In this document: positions 27,708 through 37,083 of the stretch, in pieces
Layout: each line of letters opens with the position of its first letter
Numbering within the stretch: position 1 is the first letter of the stretch
NCBI GenBank assembly: GCA_947501605.1
Contig: CANMWZ010000001.1
Coordinates: 32,001-96,000, forward strand
DNA: 64,000 nt
Origin: Planctomycetota bacterium
Lineage (GTDB): Bacteria > Planctomycetota > UBA1135 > UBA2386
Reading direction: 5' to 3'
Notes under the pieces: model-generated
The model's input: the letters and a program-made list of their open reading frames with translations, nothing else
Told to the model about the DNA's origin: nothing
Databases searched by the model: none
Program-made: the position numbers and the translations under genes

Positions 27708-28703
27708 TCAGCGCCCGACGGTCACTCGCGCAGGCTGAGGCAGCAGGAAGACGCGTTCGAACTCGCGCATGACCGGCTCTGGTCCGAAGCGCTCGCTGTA
27801 GGCGTCAAAGCTCCCGCCGAGCGGGCGGAACGCCGCCAGAATGCGGCGCAGATCGTCCGGGTCCTGGTAATAGATGCCCTTGTCGCCCAAGACCTCGATG
27901 TGGTAGCGGTCCGGGCTGCCGAGCCAGGTGATCACCGGCTTGTGCCGGATCGAGAACTCGGCGCACGCGAGCCCGAACGTCTCGCCCTCGTGCCGCGCGT
28001 GCAGCATCGCATCGCAGGTCTGGACGAACTTCGTCTTGCGAACGAGATCGAAGGTCGCCGGTAGATGGACGATCCGCGGGTGCGGTTCGCAGAACGCCGC
28101 GGTGTTGAGGAACACGAACCAGAGGTCTTGGCGCGCGAGGACCGCGGCGCGCACTTCGGCATGCACGAACGGCAGATCGAAGGTCGACGCCCCGCCGTGG
28201 CGGCCGAGCACCGTTGCCTGGGCCGGAATGCCGAGTTCGCGGCGCAGATCGCCCTCGACCTGAGGCAGCCAGACCATGTACGGCACGACCGGGCAAGGCT
28301 GCCCGCCATCGAGCCCGCGATGCAACGCCACCCACGACGAGATCGCCGCATAGACGTCCCCATGCGGCTCCTTGCACTCGAAAACGCAGTGAACGACCGT
28401 ACGCCCGTGGGGCGGACTCGGCACCTCCCATGGCGGACGCTTGCCATGGTCCTGCACGTAATAGACGTCCATCGGTTCGAGCCACAGCCGCAGGTCGTCG
28501 CGATCGCGATAGAGCAACACGGTGAACCTGCTGCGAAACTTGTCGAGCGCCGACACCGTGGCACGCGCCGGGCACAGGATGAAGCTGCGGTTGCCGAGCA
28601 GTTCCTCGTTGCCGAGTGCGTAGTCGAACAGGGCGACGTCAGTACCGCGTTCGAGGAGATGGCCGGCGTCGAAGGCCACGTTGAGGCGCTGGGGACGGTT
28701 CAT
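27708..28703 (-). CDS. GT-B (GT4-like) glycosyltransferase
   Basis: CDAMLHARHEGETFGLACAEF matches the ExFGxxxxE motif, followed by KPVIT. Confidence 0.8.
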   Translation of the reverse strand: MNRPQRLNVAFDAGHLLERGTDVALFDYALGNEELLGNRSFILCPARATVSALDKFRSRFTVLLYRDRDDLRLWLEPMDVYYVQDHGKRPPWEVPSPPHGRTVVHCVFECKEPHGDVYAAISSWVALHRGLDGGQPCPVVPYMVWLPQVEGDLRRELGIPAQATVLGRHGGASTFDLPFVHAEVRAAVLARQDLWFVFLNTAAFCEPHPRIVHLPATFDLVRKTKFVQTCDAMLHARHEGETFGLACAEFSIRHKPVITWLGSPDRYHIEVLGDKGIYYQDPDDLRRILAAFRPLGGSFDAYSERFGPEPVMREFERVFLLPQPARVTVGR

Positions 28704-29096
28704 GGTTCGCACCTGACTGCCCGCGGTTGATCGGCACATTCAAGGCCCCTTCCCAAGGACCGATCGCGGATCGCGGCGGCGCGGCGCGCCCTGGCTGCCG
28801 CTCGACCCAACCCGCAGATAGGATTTCTTGGTCGTCTGCATGCCGGTGCACCAGCCGGCCGACCATGCACCGGTCGGCAGTCTCAGCCACTGGCTCGACC
28901 CCGAGGCGATCCGCAGCGATACCTTGAAGAACTCTCCCCGGTGGGCCCGCGAACGAAGCCGATCAACGAAGTGGCAAGAAAGGACTGGTGGCGAAAGCCC
29001 TAGATTCCGCGGAAAGTTCGCGACGCCGCCATCGACCGACGTGCCGGCCGCAGCCGCTGGCGCCTCCTGCGACCACAGCTACCCAAAGAGCACCAC

Positions 29097-29792
29097 GTGC
29101 CTGAGATTCCACCACCCCTTGGCTACCAACCGGCGGCTCTGCCCGCCGACGAGCCCGAGCGACTGCGAACGCTGCGGCTCCACCAGATCCTCGATACGGC
29201 CGCCGAACAGGCGTTCGACGACCTGGTGAACCTCGCGGCCCTGATCTGCGACGCGCCCATCGCTGCGATCTCCCTCGTCGACACCTCCCGGCAGTGGTTC
29301 AAAGCCAAGGTCGGCCTGTCGGTCGCTTCGACCCCGCGCGACATGGCGTTCTGCGCGCATGCAATTCTCGGCACCGACCTGATGGTCGTCGACGACGCCA
29401 CCGTGGACCCTCGCTTCGCCGAGAACCCGCTGGTCACGGGCGATCCGAGGATCCGATTCTATGTCGGGGCGCCGCTCGTCATGGCAAACGGGACAGCGCT
29501 CGGCACCGTCTGCGTCATCGACCGCAAGCCGCGCACCTTGTCGGCCACACAGCTACGCGCCATGCAACTGCTGCAACGGACCGCCGTGCACTTGGTCGAG
29601 GTCCGCCGCGCGCGGCTGGATCTGGAGGCGATGGCGAAGTTGTTGCCACTGTGCAGTTGGTGCCGCAACGTCCGCAACGACAAGGGTGAGTGGGTCGAGT
29701 TGCACCGCTACGTGCAGGACTCCATGCCGGTCACCCACGGCATTTGTCCGGCTTGCATGGTGCAGCAGCTCGCGCAACTGGAACGGCGGTAA
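29097..29792 (+). CDS. GAF domain protein with C-terminal Cys/His motif
   Basis: EPERLRTL..ILDT..FDDL, ISLVD..RQWFKA, FCAHAI, IRFYVGAPL, GTVCVID; C-terminal LCSWC..HGICPAC. Confidence 0.88.
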   Translation: MPEIPPPLGYQPAALPADEPERLRTLRLHQILDTAAEQAFDDLVNLAALICDAPIAAISLVDTSRQWFKAKVGLSVASTPRDMAFCAHAILGTDLMVVDDATVDPRFAENPLVTGDPRIRFYVGAPLVMANGTALGTVCVIDRKPRTLSATQLRAMQLLQRTAVHLVEVRRARLDLEAMAKLLPLCSWCRNVRNDKGEWVELHRYVQDSMPVTHGICPACMVQQLAQLERR

Positions 29793-29802
29793 GCCTCGCC
29801 GC

Positions 29803-30549
29803 CTACGCAGTGGCGCCAGCTCCTTTTGCCGGCGCACTCACTGCGGCGGCACCTTTGACGACTAGGTAGTGCGCCGAAGTCCAGTGCTCGCCGGCCCAGG
29901 TGTCGGGCTCCGCCAGCACGACGCGCCCACCATGCGCCCGCACGGCAGCATCGATGTTTGGCCGCGGCAGGCAGTGCATCTCCATGCGCGCTTCGTCGAC
30001 CAACTCGTCGTCACCAGCATTCTGGAACGCTCCTTCGCGGATCACCGCCACCGGCGCCTGGAAGAAGAGCAGGCCACCTGGTTGCAGCACACGAACGAAC
30101 TCACGCACGTAGGCCTGCTGGTACGCCGTGCGCATGTGCTGCAGCACGATCGCCGACAGCACAAAGGCGAGGCTACCGGTCTCGATCGCACGAAGGTCTG
30201 GGTGCTGGTTGTGCAGGTAGCGGACCTTGTCGCCAAAGCGGTTGTGCTGCATCGCACCGCGCACCATCGACGCGCTGATGTCGACGCCCGTGACGTGATC
30301 GAAGTGCGGCGCCAGCGCCTGCGTCAGGCGACCAAGTCCGCAGCCAAAATCGAGCGCCCTGCCGCGCGGCACCAGAAACCGATGCAGCGAGAGCCAGGAC
30401 CCGAGCCACGCGATCGTCTCGCGGCCGGTCAAGAAGAACGCCTCGTGGTCCCAGGCCCCCCCCTTCTTGGTGTCATCCGTCAGGATCGCCCACATCGGGT
30501 CCTGCTTGGCGAGGTTCTCCCAGTTACGGGCAAGACGGTCGAAGTGCAT
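29803..30549 (-). CDS. Class I SAM-dependent methyltransferase
   Basis: ALDFGCGLGR, GVDISASM, IVLQH, RVLQPGG. Confidence 0.9.
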   Translation of the reverse strand: MHFDRLARNWENLAKQDPMWAILTDDTKKGGAWDHEAFFLTGRETIAWLGSWLSLHRFLVPRGRALDFGCGLGRLTQALAPHFDHVTGVDISASMVRGAMQHNRFGDKVRYLHNQHPDLRAIETGSLAFVLSAIVLQHMRTAYQQAYVREFVRVLQPGGLLFFQAPVAVIREGAFQNAGDDELVDEARMEMHCLPRPNIDAAVRAHGGRVVLAEPDTWAGEHWTSAHYLVVKGAAAVSAPAKGAGATA

Positions 30550-30587
30550 GGCGTGAGATCTGCCACAGGCTAGCCGACGAAGGCGCC

Positions 30588-30968
30588 GTGGAAACCCCGC
30601 CTCGCGCGGCTCGATCGCACCGGGCCGACGGTTCCGCTAGGCTCGATCCCCGCATGCGCGCCGGCAACGCCGCCATGGACCGGGATCGCCAACGCACTTG
30701 TCGTGCTCGCCGGCGAACTCGACGACAAGCAGCGCCGGTCCAAAGAGCCACTGGCCGACCTGCGCGACTTGCTCCCAGCGCTGTGCCTCGACCTCTCGAC
30801 GACCAAGGCCGGCAAGGCCACTCTCGAAGTCCACAGCGACCTCATCGACGTTGCCTGCAGGTGCTCGGGCAGCAGGCGCAGAGCGACTCGTTTGGGGGGC
30901 CGGTCGAGACCAGCTTCGCCGTGCTGTTCTTGAAGAATGCCGCACTCCCGGCGATCACCGGCAGGTGA
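30588..30968 (+). pseudogene. Possible degraded remnant of a prenyltransferase/squalene-oxidase-repeat protein
   Basis: Ends LGQQAQSDSFGGPVETSFAVLFLKNAALPAITGR*; the middle reads protein-like only in another frame (WTGIANALVVLAGELDD...). Confidence 0.35.
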
Positions 30969-30993
30969 TTCGCTACGTTGCCGCGCCACGTCG

Positions 30994-32061
30994 ATGAACC
31001 GCCGCCTCCGCAAGTTCCTGCTGCCAGCGCTGGCGGCGACGTTCGGCCTCGCACTGGCGTGCCTCGCGACCGAACTCCTGCTGCGCGTCGTCGACCCAAT
31101 CGGGCTGAACTACGACCGTGAGTTCCAGCGCTACCGCAACGAGGCGCTGACCTTCGACTGGGATGGCAAGGACCTCGCGACCTTTGATTTCGAAGGTCGC
31201 CTGTTTCGGCACAAGCCAAACCTCGACCTACAGCTCGGCAGCTTTCGCCTGCGCACGAACAGCCTGGGATTCCGCGGGAATGCCGTGTCAGAGCAGAAGC
31301 CCGAGGGGGCGTTCCGCGTGCTCGTGCTCGGCGACTCGGTCGCGTTCGGCTGGGGCGTCGACGAAGCCGCGACGTTCCTTCGCCGCTTCGAGGCCGAGTG
31401 GAACACGACGAATGCGCGCCAGATCGAGGTCGTGAACGCCGGTCACCTGGTCTACGACTCGGTGCAAGAATGGGCGTTGCTTCGCGACCAGGGTTTGGCG
31501 TTGCAGCCCGATCTCGTGCTACTCGTCTACGTCGTCAACGACATCGAACCGTCACGCGACATTGTCGAGGAAGGGCTCGGCCGCCGGCTGCCCGACCCAA
31601 AAGAGGCAGTGCCCGACGCAGGCGACTTCTACACCCGCGTTGCACCGTGGCTCCGCAGCGTCGGCATGCACGCGACCGCCGAGCTGGTCTTGCTGCAGAG
31701 TGACCCCAAAGCCCGCTTTCTCGCAGCGACGCCGAGCGGCACAACCTACGAGCCAGAGCAGTTCGGCCACGGTCCGCGCGGTTGGCCGCGCAGTCAGGCG
31801 GCGCTGCTGGCGATGCGCGACGCCTGCCGCGAGCGCAGCATCCCGTTCGTAGTGCTCGACCACACCTTGCCAGTGCTGCGACCGCTGCCGACGTTTTGTG
31901 CGCAGTCGGCGATCCCCTGCGAGGACTTCCACTTCACCGCCGAAGAGTTGCATCAGCCGATCTACAACTCGGCCAAGGACACGCATGCGAACGCGCGCGG
32001 CAACGAACTGCTGCTGCAGAAACTGCGGCGCATCGCCGAGCAATTGCCGCTGCCGCGCTGA
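30994..32061 (+). CDS. Membrane-anchored SGNH/GDSL hydrolase
   Basis: N-terminal TM; TNSLGFR, VLGDSVAFGWG (block I), VVNAG, YVVND, DTHAN (DxH). Confidence 0.87.
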   Translation: MNRRLRKFLLPALAATFGLALACLATELLLRVVDPIGLNYDREFQRYRNEALTFDWDGKDLATFDFEGRLFRHKPNLDLQLGSFRLRTNSLGFRGNAVSEQKPEGAFRVLVLGDSVAFGWGVDEAATFLRRFEAEWNTTNARQIEVVNAGHLVYDSVQEWALLRDQGLALQPDLVLLVYVVNDIEPSRDIVEEGLGRRLPDPKEAVPDAGDFYTRVAPWLRSVGMHATAELVLLQSDPKARFLAATPSGTTYEPEQFGHGPRGWPRSQAALLAMRDACRERSIPFVVLDHTLPVLRPLPTFCAQSAIPCEDFHFTAEELHQPIYNSAKDTHANARGNELLLQKLRRIAEQLPLPR

Positions 32062-32128
32062 CTAGGTGGGGTCACGCCTCGACTGGCATTCCTGATCGAC
32101 GAGGCCACTCGCCCACGCCCACCGGCGG

Positions 32129-32971
32129 TCAGCGGCCGCGCGGCGAAAAGAACGGGAAGTCGCCCCCCATGCCGAAGAGGCTGCTGATCGAGAACTCCCC
32201 CGAGGGCGCGGAGATCGGGTCGCCCGGCGCGTGGTAGCTCATGTGCTCGTAGATCAGGTCCTGCTTGGTCGCCGTCGCGCGCCACTGCAGACGCATGCGG
32301 CCGATGATCCACGACAGGTCGAGCGCCTGCACTTCGCCAGTGCGCGCATCGATCGTGACCTGCACATCTTCACGGGCAGAACGCAGCGTGCGATGACCGG
32401 GCTGCTCGCCCGAGACGAGCATCTCGATGTCGTCGGCCTTGCGCAGCTTGCTCAGAGTGCGGTCGATGACGTTCAACATCAGCGGCAAGGGGTGGTTGGT
32501 GCCAAAAGCCATCGGCTCACCGACCTCGACGCCCGTCGGCGTGATCGCCCAGCCGCCGCTCGGCGCGTAGCCAGCGCGGAACACCATCTGATCGAACGGC
32601 CCTCGCAGCTCCACCAGCATGCGCTCGCGCCCACGCAAGAGGAGTCGAGCTTCCATCGACCCGGGTAGCGACGACAGTAGATACTCCCGATCGATCGGCT
32701 GCGCGGCGCGAACGGCAGCGCGGTCGAGGAGCGAGGACACCGATTCTGGCTCATGCCGGGCCAGCACGAACACCAGCACGGTGATGATCGCCGCTGCTAG
32801 CCCAATGGCGATGCGCAGGAACGCTGGCGGACGCTGCTTGGGCTCCGCGTGCGCCTTCGCGATCGCCAGCTTCACCGCGAGCAACGGATCCACAGGGTGT
32901 GCGACGCGGTCGAGCAGCGCGTCGACCAACAATTCGTCAGCCCGGTCGTGGCTCTCGGGCTTGGTCGTCAT
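32129..32971 (-). CDS. Probable membrane anti-sigma factor
   Basis: ATGA-coupled to the ECF sigma gene; short cytoplasmic N-terminus, one TM (IAIGLAAAIITVLVFVL), extracytoplasmic domain. Confidence 0.65.
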   Translation of the reverse strand: MTTKPESHDRADELLVDALLDRVAHPVDPLLAVKLAIAKAHAEPKQRPPAFLRIAIGLAAAIITVLVFVLARHEPESVSSLLDRAAVRAAQPIDREYLLSSLPGSMEARLLLRGRERMLVELRGPFDQMVFRAGYAPSGGWAITPTGVEVGEPMAFGTNHPLPLMLNVIDRTLSKLRKADDIEMLVSGEQPGHRTLRSAREDVQVTIDARTGEVQALDLSWIIGRMRLQWRATATKQDLIYEHMSYHAPGDPISAPSGEFSISSLFGMGGDFPFFSPRGR

Positions 32972-33612
32972 GCCCCACTCCCCGCACCATCGCCCAAGTC
33001 CAAGACAGACAACCGCCGGCGGACACAGTCGCGCAGCGCCAGCCGCGCGCGGGTGAGGATCTTGCGCGTGTTGTCAGCGGAGAGCCCTAGCCGCATCCCG
33101 AGCTGCGGGGCGGGCACGGATTCGAAGTAGGTGCCTTCGACCACCTCGAGACTGCGCGGCGCGAGTTCGCGCAGGCAATCCTGCAGAAAGGCGATCTGGT
33201 CGTCGAAGGTGTCGCCCGGCCGCTTGCCGATGCGGGCAAAGCGATCCTCGAGCACATCGAGGATCTCGGGCGAGAGCTCGAGCATGCGCTTCTTCGAGCC
33301 GTGGGCCAGCAACAGACGCCGCGCGATACCGCGCAACCAAGCCGAGAACGGCCGGGATTCGTCGAATCGAGCCAAGGACCGCCAGGCCACGACCACGGTG
33401 TCGGCAAACAGCTCCTCGCGCAGACCGGCTTCGTGCACGATGGCGCGCAGATAGGTCTGCAGCATCGGCGCATGTTCGCGGATCAGGATCTCGAACATCG
33501 GCCGCGCCGCGATGCCAGGGGAGTGCCCGGGGGCGGGGTCCGAGAGATACGGAACCGACCCGACATCCTGGGCGCCGATATCGTTTGGCCCTGCGGGCGA
33601 TGGATCGAGCAT
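32968..33612 (-). CDS. ECF-type sigma-70 factor
   Basis: FEILIREH, FDESRPFSAWLRGIAR (region 2), LQDCLREL..LTRARLALRDCV (region 4); start may be 33498. Confidence 0.88.
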   Translation of the reverse strand: MLDPSPAGPNDIGAQDVGSVPYLSDPAPGHSPGIAARPMFEILIREHAPMLQTYLRAIVHEAGLREELFADTVVVAWRSLARFDESRPFSAWLRGIARRLLLAHGSKKRMLELSPEILDVLEDRFARIGKRPGDTFDDQIAFLQDCLRELAPRSLEVVEGTYFESVPAPQLGMRLGLSADNTRKILTRARLALRDCVRRRLSVLDLGDGAGSGA

Positions 33613-33750
33613 GGCAGGAGCGGCTGTCACGAACCCCCGGGAGGAGAGGAACCGGACCGTCATATTGCGAGCCCGGCGAGCAAGTGGGACAGGAATCCGG
33701 CACAGAACCACAGCCGGCGCGTATCAGCGGCCCTCCGAATCCAGACCGAC

Positions 33751-34473
33751 ATGTTCAAGACCACGCTGCCATCGATCGTTCTCCCCTTCCTGTTCGCCTT
33801 GGCGCCCGCCACCACTGCCCTGGCTCAGGCAACGCCGCCGGCCACCCCGCCCGCCACCCCGATTGCCGAACCCAGGCAGGAGCCGACCGGCACCGCGGGG
33901 ACCCCCGCCGGCCAGCCCGAGAAGCCGATGCCGAAGGCAGACGCGAGAGACGCCACCAAGTCCGCGACCGCCAAGGTCACCGAACCCGCCTTGGGCACCG
34001 TAGAACTGCGCAAGAAGTCGTTCCACCTGGATGGCGATGGCCTCGCTCTGCAGGGCTATGACCCGCTGAGCTACTTTCTCGCCAAGGGGCCGACGCTTGG
34101 CAAGAAGCAGTTCGAGCACACAGAGCGCGGGGTCACCTACCACTTCGTCTCGAAGGAGAACCGCGACGCGTTCGCCGCCGAACCGCAGAAGTGGGAACCG
34201 CCCTACGGCGGCTGGTGTGCCTACGCCGTGATCGACGGCGAGAAGGTCGACATCGACCCCCTGAACTTCGAGGTCATCGACGGCAAGGTCTACCTCTTCT
34301 ACAAGGGTTTCTGGGGCGACGCGCGCGACAAGTGGCAGGCGCGCATCAAGACCAAGAACGCAACCAAGGTGGTCGCCGAAGCCGACGCTGGCTGGAAGAA
34401 GCTCGAGGCCGCCGATCAGGCCATCGTCGACGACGAGCAGAAGGCCAAGGCCAAGAAGGCGGCGAAGAAGTGA
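33751..34473 (+). CDS. Secreted YHS-domain protein
   Basis: Signal peptide and Pro/Ala linker; ALQGYDPLSYF, YHFVSKENRDAF, PPYGGWCAYA, IDP..F..IDGKVYLFY. Confidence 0.87.
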   Translation: MFKTTLPSIVLPFLFALAPATTALAQATPPATPPATPIAEPRQEPTGTAGTPAGQPEKPMPKADARDATKSATAKVTEPALGTVELRKKSFHLDGDGLALQGYDPLSYFLAKGPTLGKKQFEHTERGVTYHFVSKENRDAFAAEPQKWEPPYGGWCAYAVIDGEKVDIDPLNFEVIDGKVYLFYKGFWGDARDKWQARIKTKNATKVVAEADAGWKKLEAADQAIVDDEQKAKAKKAAKK

Positions 34474-34489
34474 TCCCCTGACGCGGGGC

Positions 34490-35533
34490 TCACTTCGTGT
34501 CGGCCGCGCGGATCGCGTTCAGCGATGCCTGCATCGCCTCGATGTCGGCATCGGTCAGGTGCAGCCTGGCCGCCTTCAACATCGTCGCGAAGTGCGCGAC
34601 CTCCTCGGGCTGGTAGGGGAAACCAGTGTTCCCCTTTGGTCCTTCGCTGTGCGCCAGCACTTTGCCGTCGGCATCGCGGAAGACAAACCAGGGGATGCCG
34701 CCGCCCTCGGTGAGCCCAGCGTCCTTGCGGTAGCCGTCGAGCATTGCCTGCCCGCCGGTCATGCGATCGGTGTCGATCTTGCAGTCGACGAACTCCTTGC
34801 TGAGGATCGCCGCGATCTCCGGTCGCCGCATCCAATCTTCGAGGCGGTGGCACCAGCCGCACCAGGGCGCGCCGAAGTGCAGGAAGACGCGCTTGTTCTC
34901 CTGCTTGGCAAGCGCCTGCGCTGCTTGCATCACGTCGCTCGCGACCAGTGCCGTTGCGGCGTGCTGCTTCAAGAAGGCGTCGAACTTCTTCGGATCGTGG
35001 CCGTCCTTGCCGTCGATCTTGGCTTCGAACGGCTCGGTATTCTGCTGCGCCAGCGCCTTGCCGTCGGCATCGAGAACCGTGAGGAAAGGGATGGCCTTGA
35101 ACTCAGCCCCCAGTTCCTTGGCGAGGTCCAGGTGTTTGTCGAAGCGGCCGACGTCGACGTGAACGACCTCGTACTCGTAGTTCAACGTGCGCGCGACCTG
35201 ACGGTCCGACTTCATCGTGCCGGCAAGCCACTTGCACCAGCCGCACCAGTTGGCGCCCCATTGGATCAGGACCCGCTTGTTCTCGCGCTTGGCGCGGACC
35301 AGAGCAGCGGCGACGTCCTGCTTGGCATCGGCCTTCTCGTCGTAAACGGGCTTCTGCTCCGGGGCCTGCCGCTTGCTGCCGGTGAGCGGGATCGCAGCCG
35401 TTGGCGCCGCAGCAGCTGGGTCTGCCGGTGCAACGGGCGTAGCGGGTGCAACGGGTGTTGCCGGGGCTTGCCCCACGAGGACACTGACCAACGCCAACGA
35501 CAGCGCCAGTAGACGAAGCAGAGGGAACGACAT
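34490..35533 (-). CDS. Secreted tandem thioredoxin-fold protein
   Basis: Two AxWCGWC active-site motifs, each followed by IPF/IPW cis-Pro loops; signal peptide. Confidence 0.88.
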   Translation of the reverse strand: MSFPLLRLLALSLALVSVLVGQAPATPVAPATPVAPADPAAAAPTAAIPLTGSKRQAPEQKPVYDEKADAKQDVAAALVRAKRENKRVLIQWGANWCGWCKWLAGTMKSDRQVARTLNYEYEVVHVDVGRFDKHLDLAKELGAEFKAIPFLTVLDADGKALAQQNTEPFEAKIDGKDGHDPKKFDAFLKQHAATALVASDVMQAAQALAKQENKRVFLHFGAPWCGWCHRLEDWMRRPEIAAILSKEFVDCKIDTDRMTGGQAMLDGYRKDAGLTEGGGIPWFVFRDADGKVLAHSEGPKGNTGFPYQPEEVAHFATMLKAARLHLTDADIEAMQASLNAIRAADTK

Positions 35534-35624
35534 CGCGATCAACACGGCCAAGACCGTGCCCCGAGGATTGGTGGCGCCGCGAAGGGTCCGCGACGCGGCT
35601 TTGGATGCTACTGCCTCTGGGTCG

Positions 35625-36164
35625 TCAGCTACCGAGCGTCGCCAGGACTTCCTGGAGTCGGCGCAGAGCCCCGAGCGAGAATCCGCGGTCGTGGAAGAAG
35701 ACCACGACGCCGGTGCGATCCAGCAAGGCGACGCGCCCAGGCAGGCCGTCGTCGTTGCCGGTGCATTGCGCAATGGCGCCACCGTCGCCGTAGACGGTCA
35801 CAACGCCCCCCCAATCTTCTTCGGGGATGCCACGGCGCATGCCGCCGTCAATGAAGCCTGAGAACATGCCCGGCACGAGCCCGGGGATAGTCGGCACTTC
35901 GAAGGTCCGAACGCGCACGGCGGCCAGCGACAGCGCCTGAAGCCAGCGGTCGAGATCGAACTGCGAGTTCTGCTGGTAGCCGATCAACAGCAGCAGCGGG
36001 GCGCCCTTCCCGACCTCGGGCAGCGCTACGGCGGTTCCATCCAAAGCCGTTCCGGTGACGGACGGAAAACGCTCGCCGGTCGGATCGCGGCGCGGGTAGC
36101 TGCTGCTGCACGCCGCGAGACAGCAGCCGAGCAGAACGCCAAGGGCGGTGACGGGACGAGACAT
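35625..36164 (-). CDS. Lipoprotein with thioredoxin-like fold, no CxxC
   Basis: Lipobox LAAC; FPSVTGTALDG..LP, LLLIGY, QFDLDRW. Confidence 0.65.
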   Translation of the reverse strand: MSRPVTALGVLLGCCLAACSSSYPRRDPTGERFPSVTGTALDGTAVALPEVGKGAPLLLLIGYQQNSQFDLDRWLQALSLAAVRVRTFEVPTIPGLVPGMFSGFIDGGMRRGIPEEDWGGVVTVYGDGGAIAQCTGNDDGLPGRVALLDRTGVVVFFHDRGFSLGALRRLQEVLATLGS

Positions 36165-36243
36165 GCGCCAGAGCATGCGCCCGGCTTCGCTGGTTGCACG
36201 CCTCTGGACGCAGGGACCACCGCTCGCCACGCTGCTCGCCCTG

Positions 36244-37071
36244 ATGACCGACCGGCACAAGCACTCCCTCGCCGCACCGTGCCTGTCGCTGCTCGCCGCT
36301 TGCGGCGCGGCGACCGGTCGCTTCCCCGGCACTCTGCCACCGGGGCCGAGCCTGCAAGAAGTTCTCGCCGCGCGCCCACCCGCCGACGACGCCGATCCAA
36401 GGCCCGAGGACGTCAGCTATCGCGTGGAACGCACCGCCTTGATCGACGAACTGCGCGCCCGCTGCCGCGACGTCAAGCCACCGGTCGAACCGCCGCGCCT
36501 CAAGACCCAGAACCTCGTCGAGCCGGTCCGGCTCGACCCCTCGCTGCGCCTCGACGTGCGCTACGCCACGAACGAGAACTTCCTCGGCGCGAAGGTCTAC
36601 GACGAGGCGCGCGTGTTCTTGCAAGCTGAGGCGGCCGTGGCACTGGTCGCGGTCCAACAGTCCTTGGCGGAGCACGGCCTTGGCCTGTTGCTGCACGACG
36701 GCTATCGGCCATGGCGCGTGACCAAGCTGTTCTGGGAAGCGACGCCAGCGGCGCAGCGCGACTTCGTCGCCGATCCAGCGAACGGCTCGCGACACAATCG
36801 GGGCTGCGCCATCGACCTGTCGCTGTGCGACCTCGCCACGGGCGCGCCGCTGGCGATGCCGAGCGACTTCGATGCGTTCACCGCAGCGGCGCACCCCAAC
36901 TACCAAGGCGGCACCCGACTACAGCGCTGGCGACGCGATCTGCTGCGTGCCGCGATGGAGCAGCAGGGCTTTCACGTCTACGACGGCGAATGGTGGCACT
37001 TCGACTTCGAGACCTGGCAGGACTATCCCTTGCTCGACGTACCGTTCGCCGACCTGAACTCCAGCAAGTAG
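36244..37071 (+). CDS. ddpX: D-Ala-D-Ala dipeptidase (VanX/DdpX, M15), lipoprotein
   Basis: DVRYATNENF, DGYRP, SRHNRGCAID (SxHxxGxAxD), EWWHF; lipobox LAAC. Confidence 0.9.
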   Translation: MTDRHKHSLAAPCLSLLAACGAATGRFPGTLPPGPSLQEVLAARPPADDADPRPEDVSYRVERTALIDELRARCRDVKPPVEPPRLKTQNLVEPVRLDPSLRLDVRYATNENFLGAKVYDEARVFLQAEAAVALVAVQQSLAEHGLGLLLHDGYRPWRVTKLFWEATPAAQRDFVADPANGSRHNRGCAIDLSLCDLATGAPLAMPSDFDAFTAAAHPNYQGGTRLQRWRRDLLRAAMEQQGFHVYDGEWWHFDFETWQDYPLLDVPFADLNSSK

Positions 37072-37083
37072 CAACGACCGGCG

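Noticed and set aside
24448..30549. DISARM/Druantia-type defence island
   Set aside because: Helicase and DUF1998 are fused and paired with a YprB-like nuclease; the nearby methyltransferase lacks DNA-methylase motifs such as NPPY/DPPY/PC
33751..34473. Selenoprotein recoding in the YHS protein
   Set aside because: The relevant residue is encoded by TGT (Cys); there is no in-frame TGA
36244..37071. Vancomycin resistance cluster
   Set aside because: Only a VanX/DdpX homolog; no vanA/vanH/vanRS nearby
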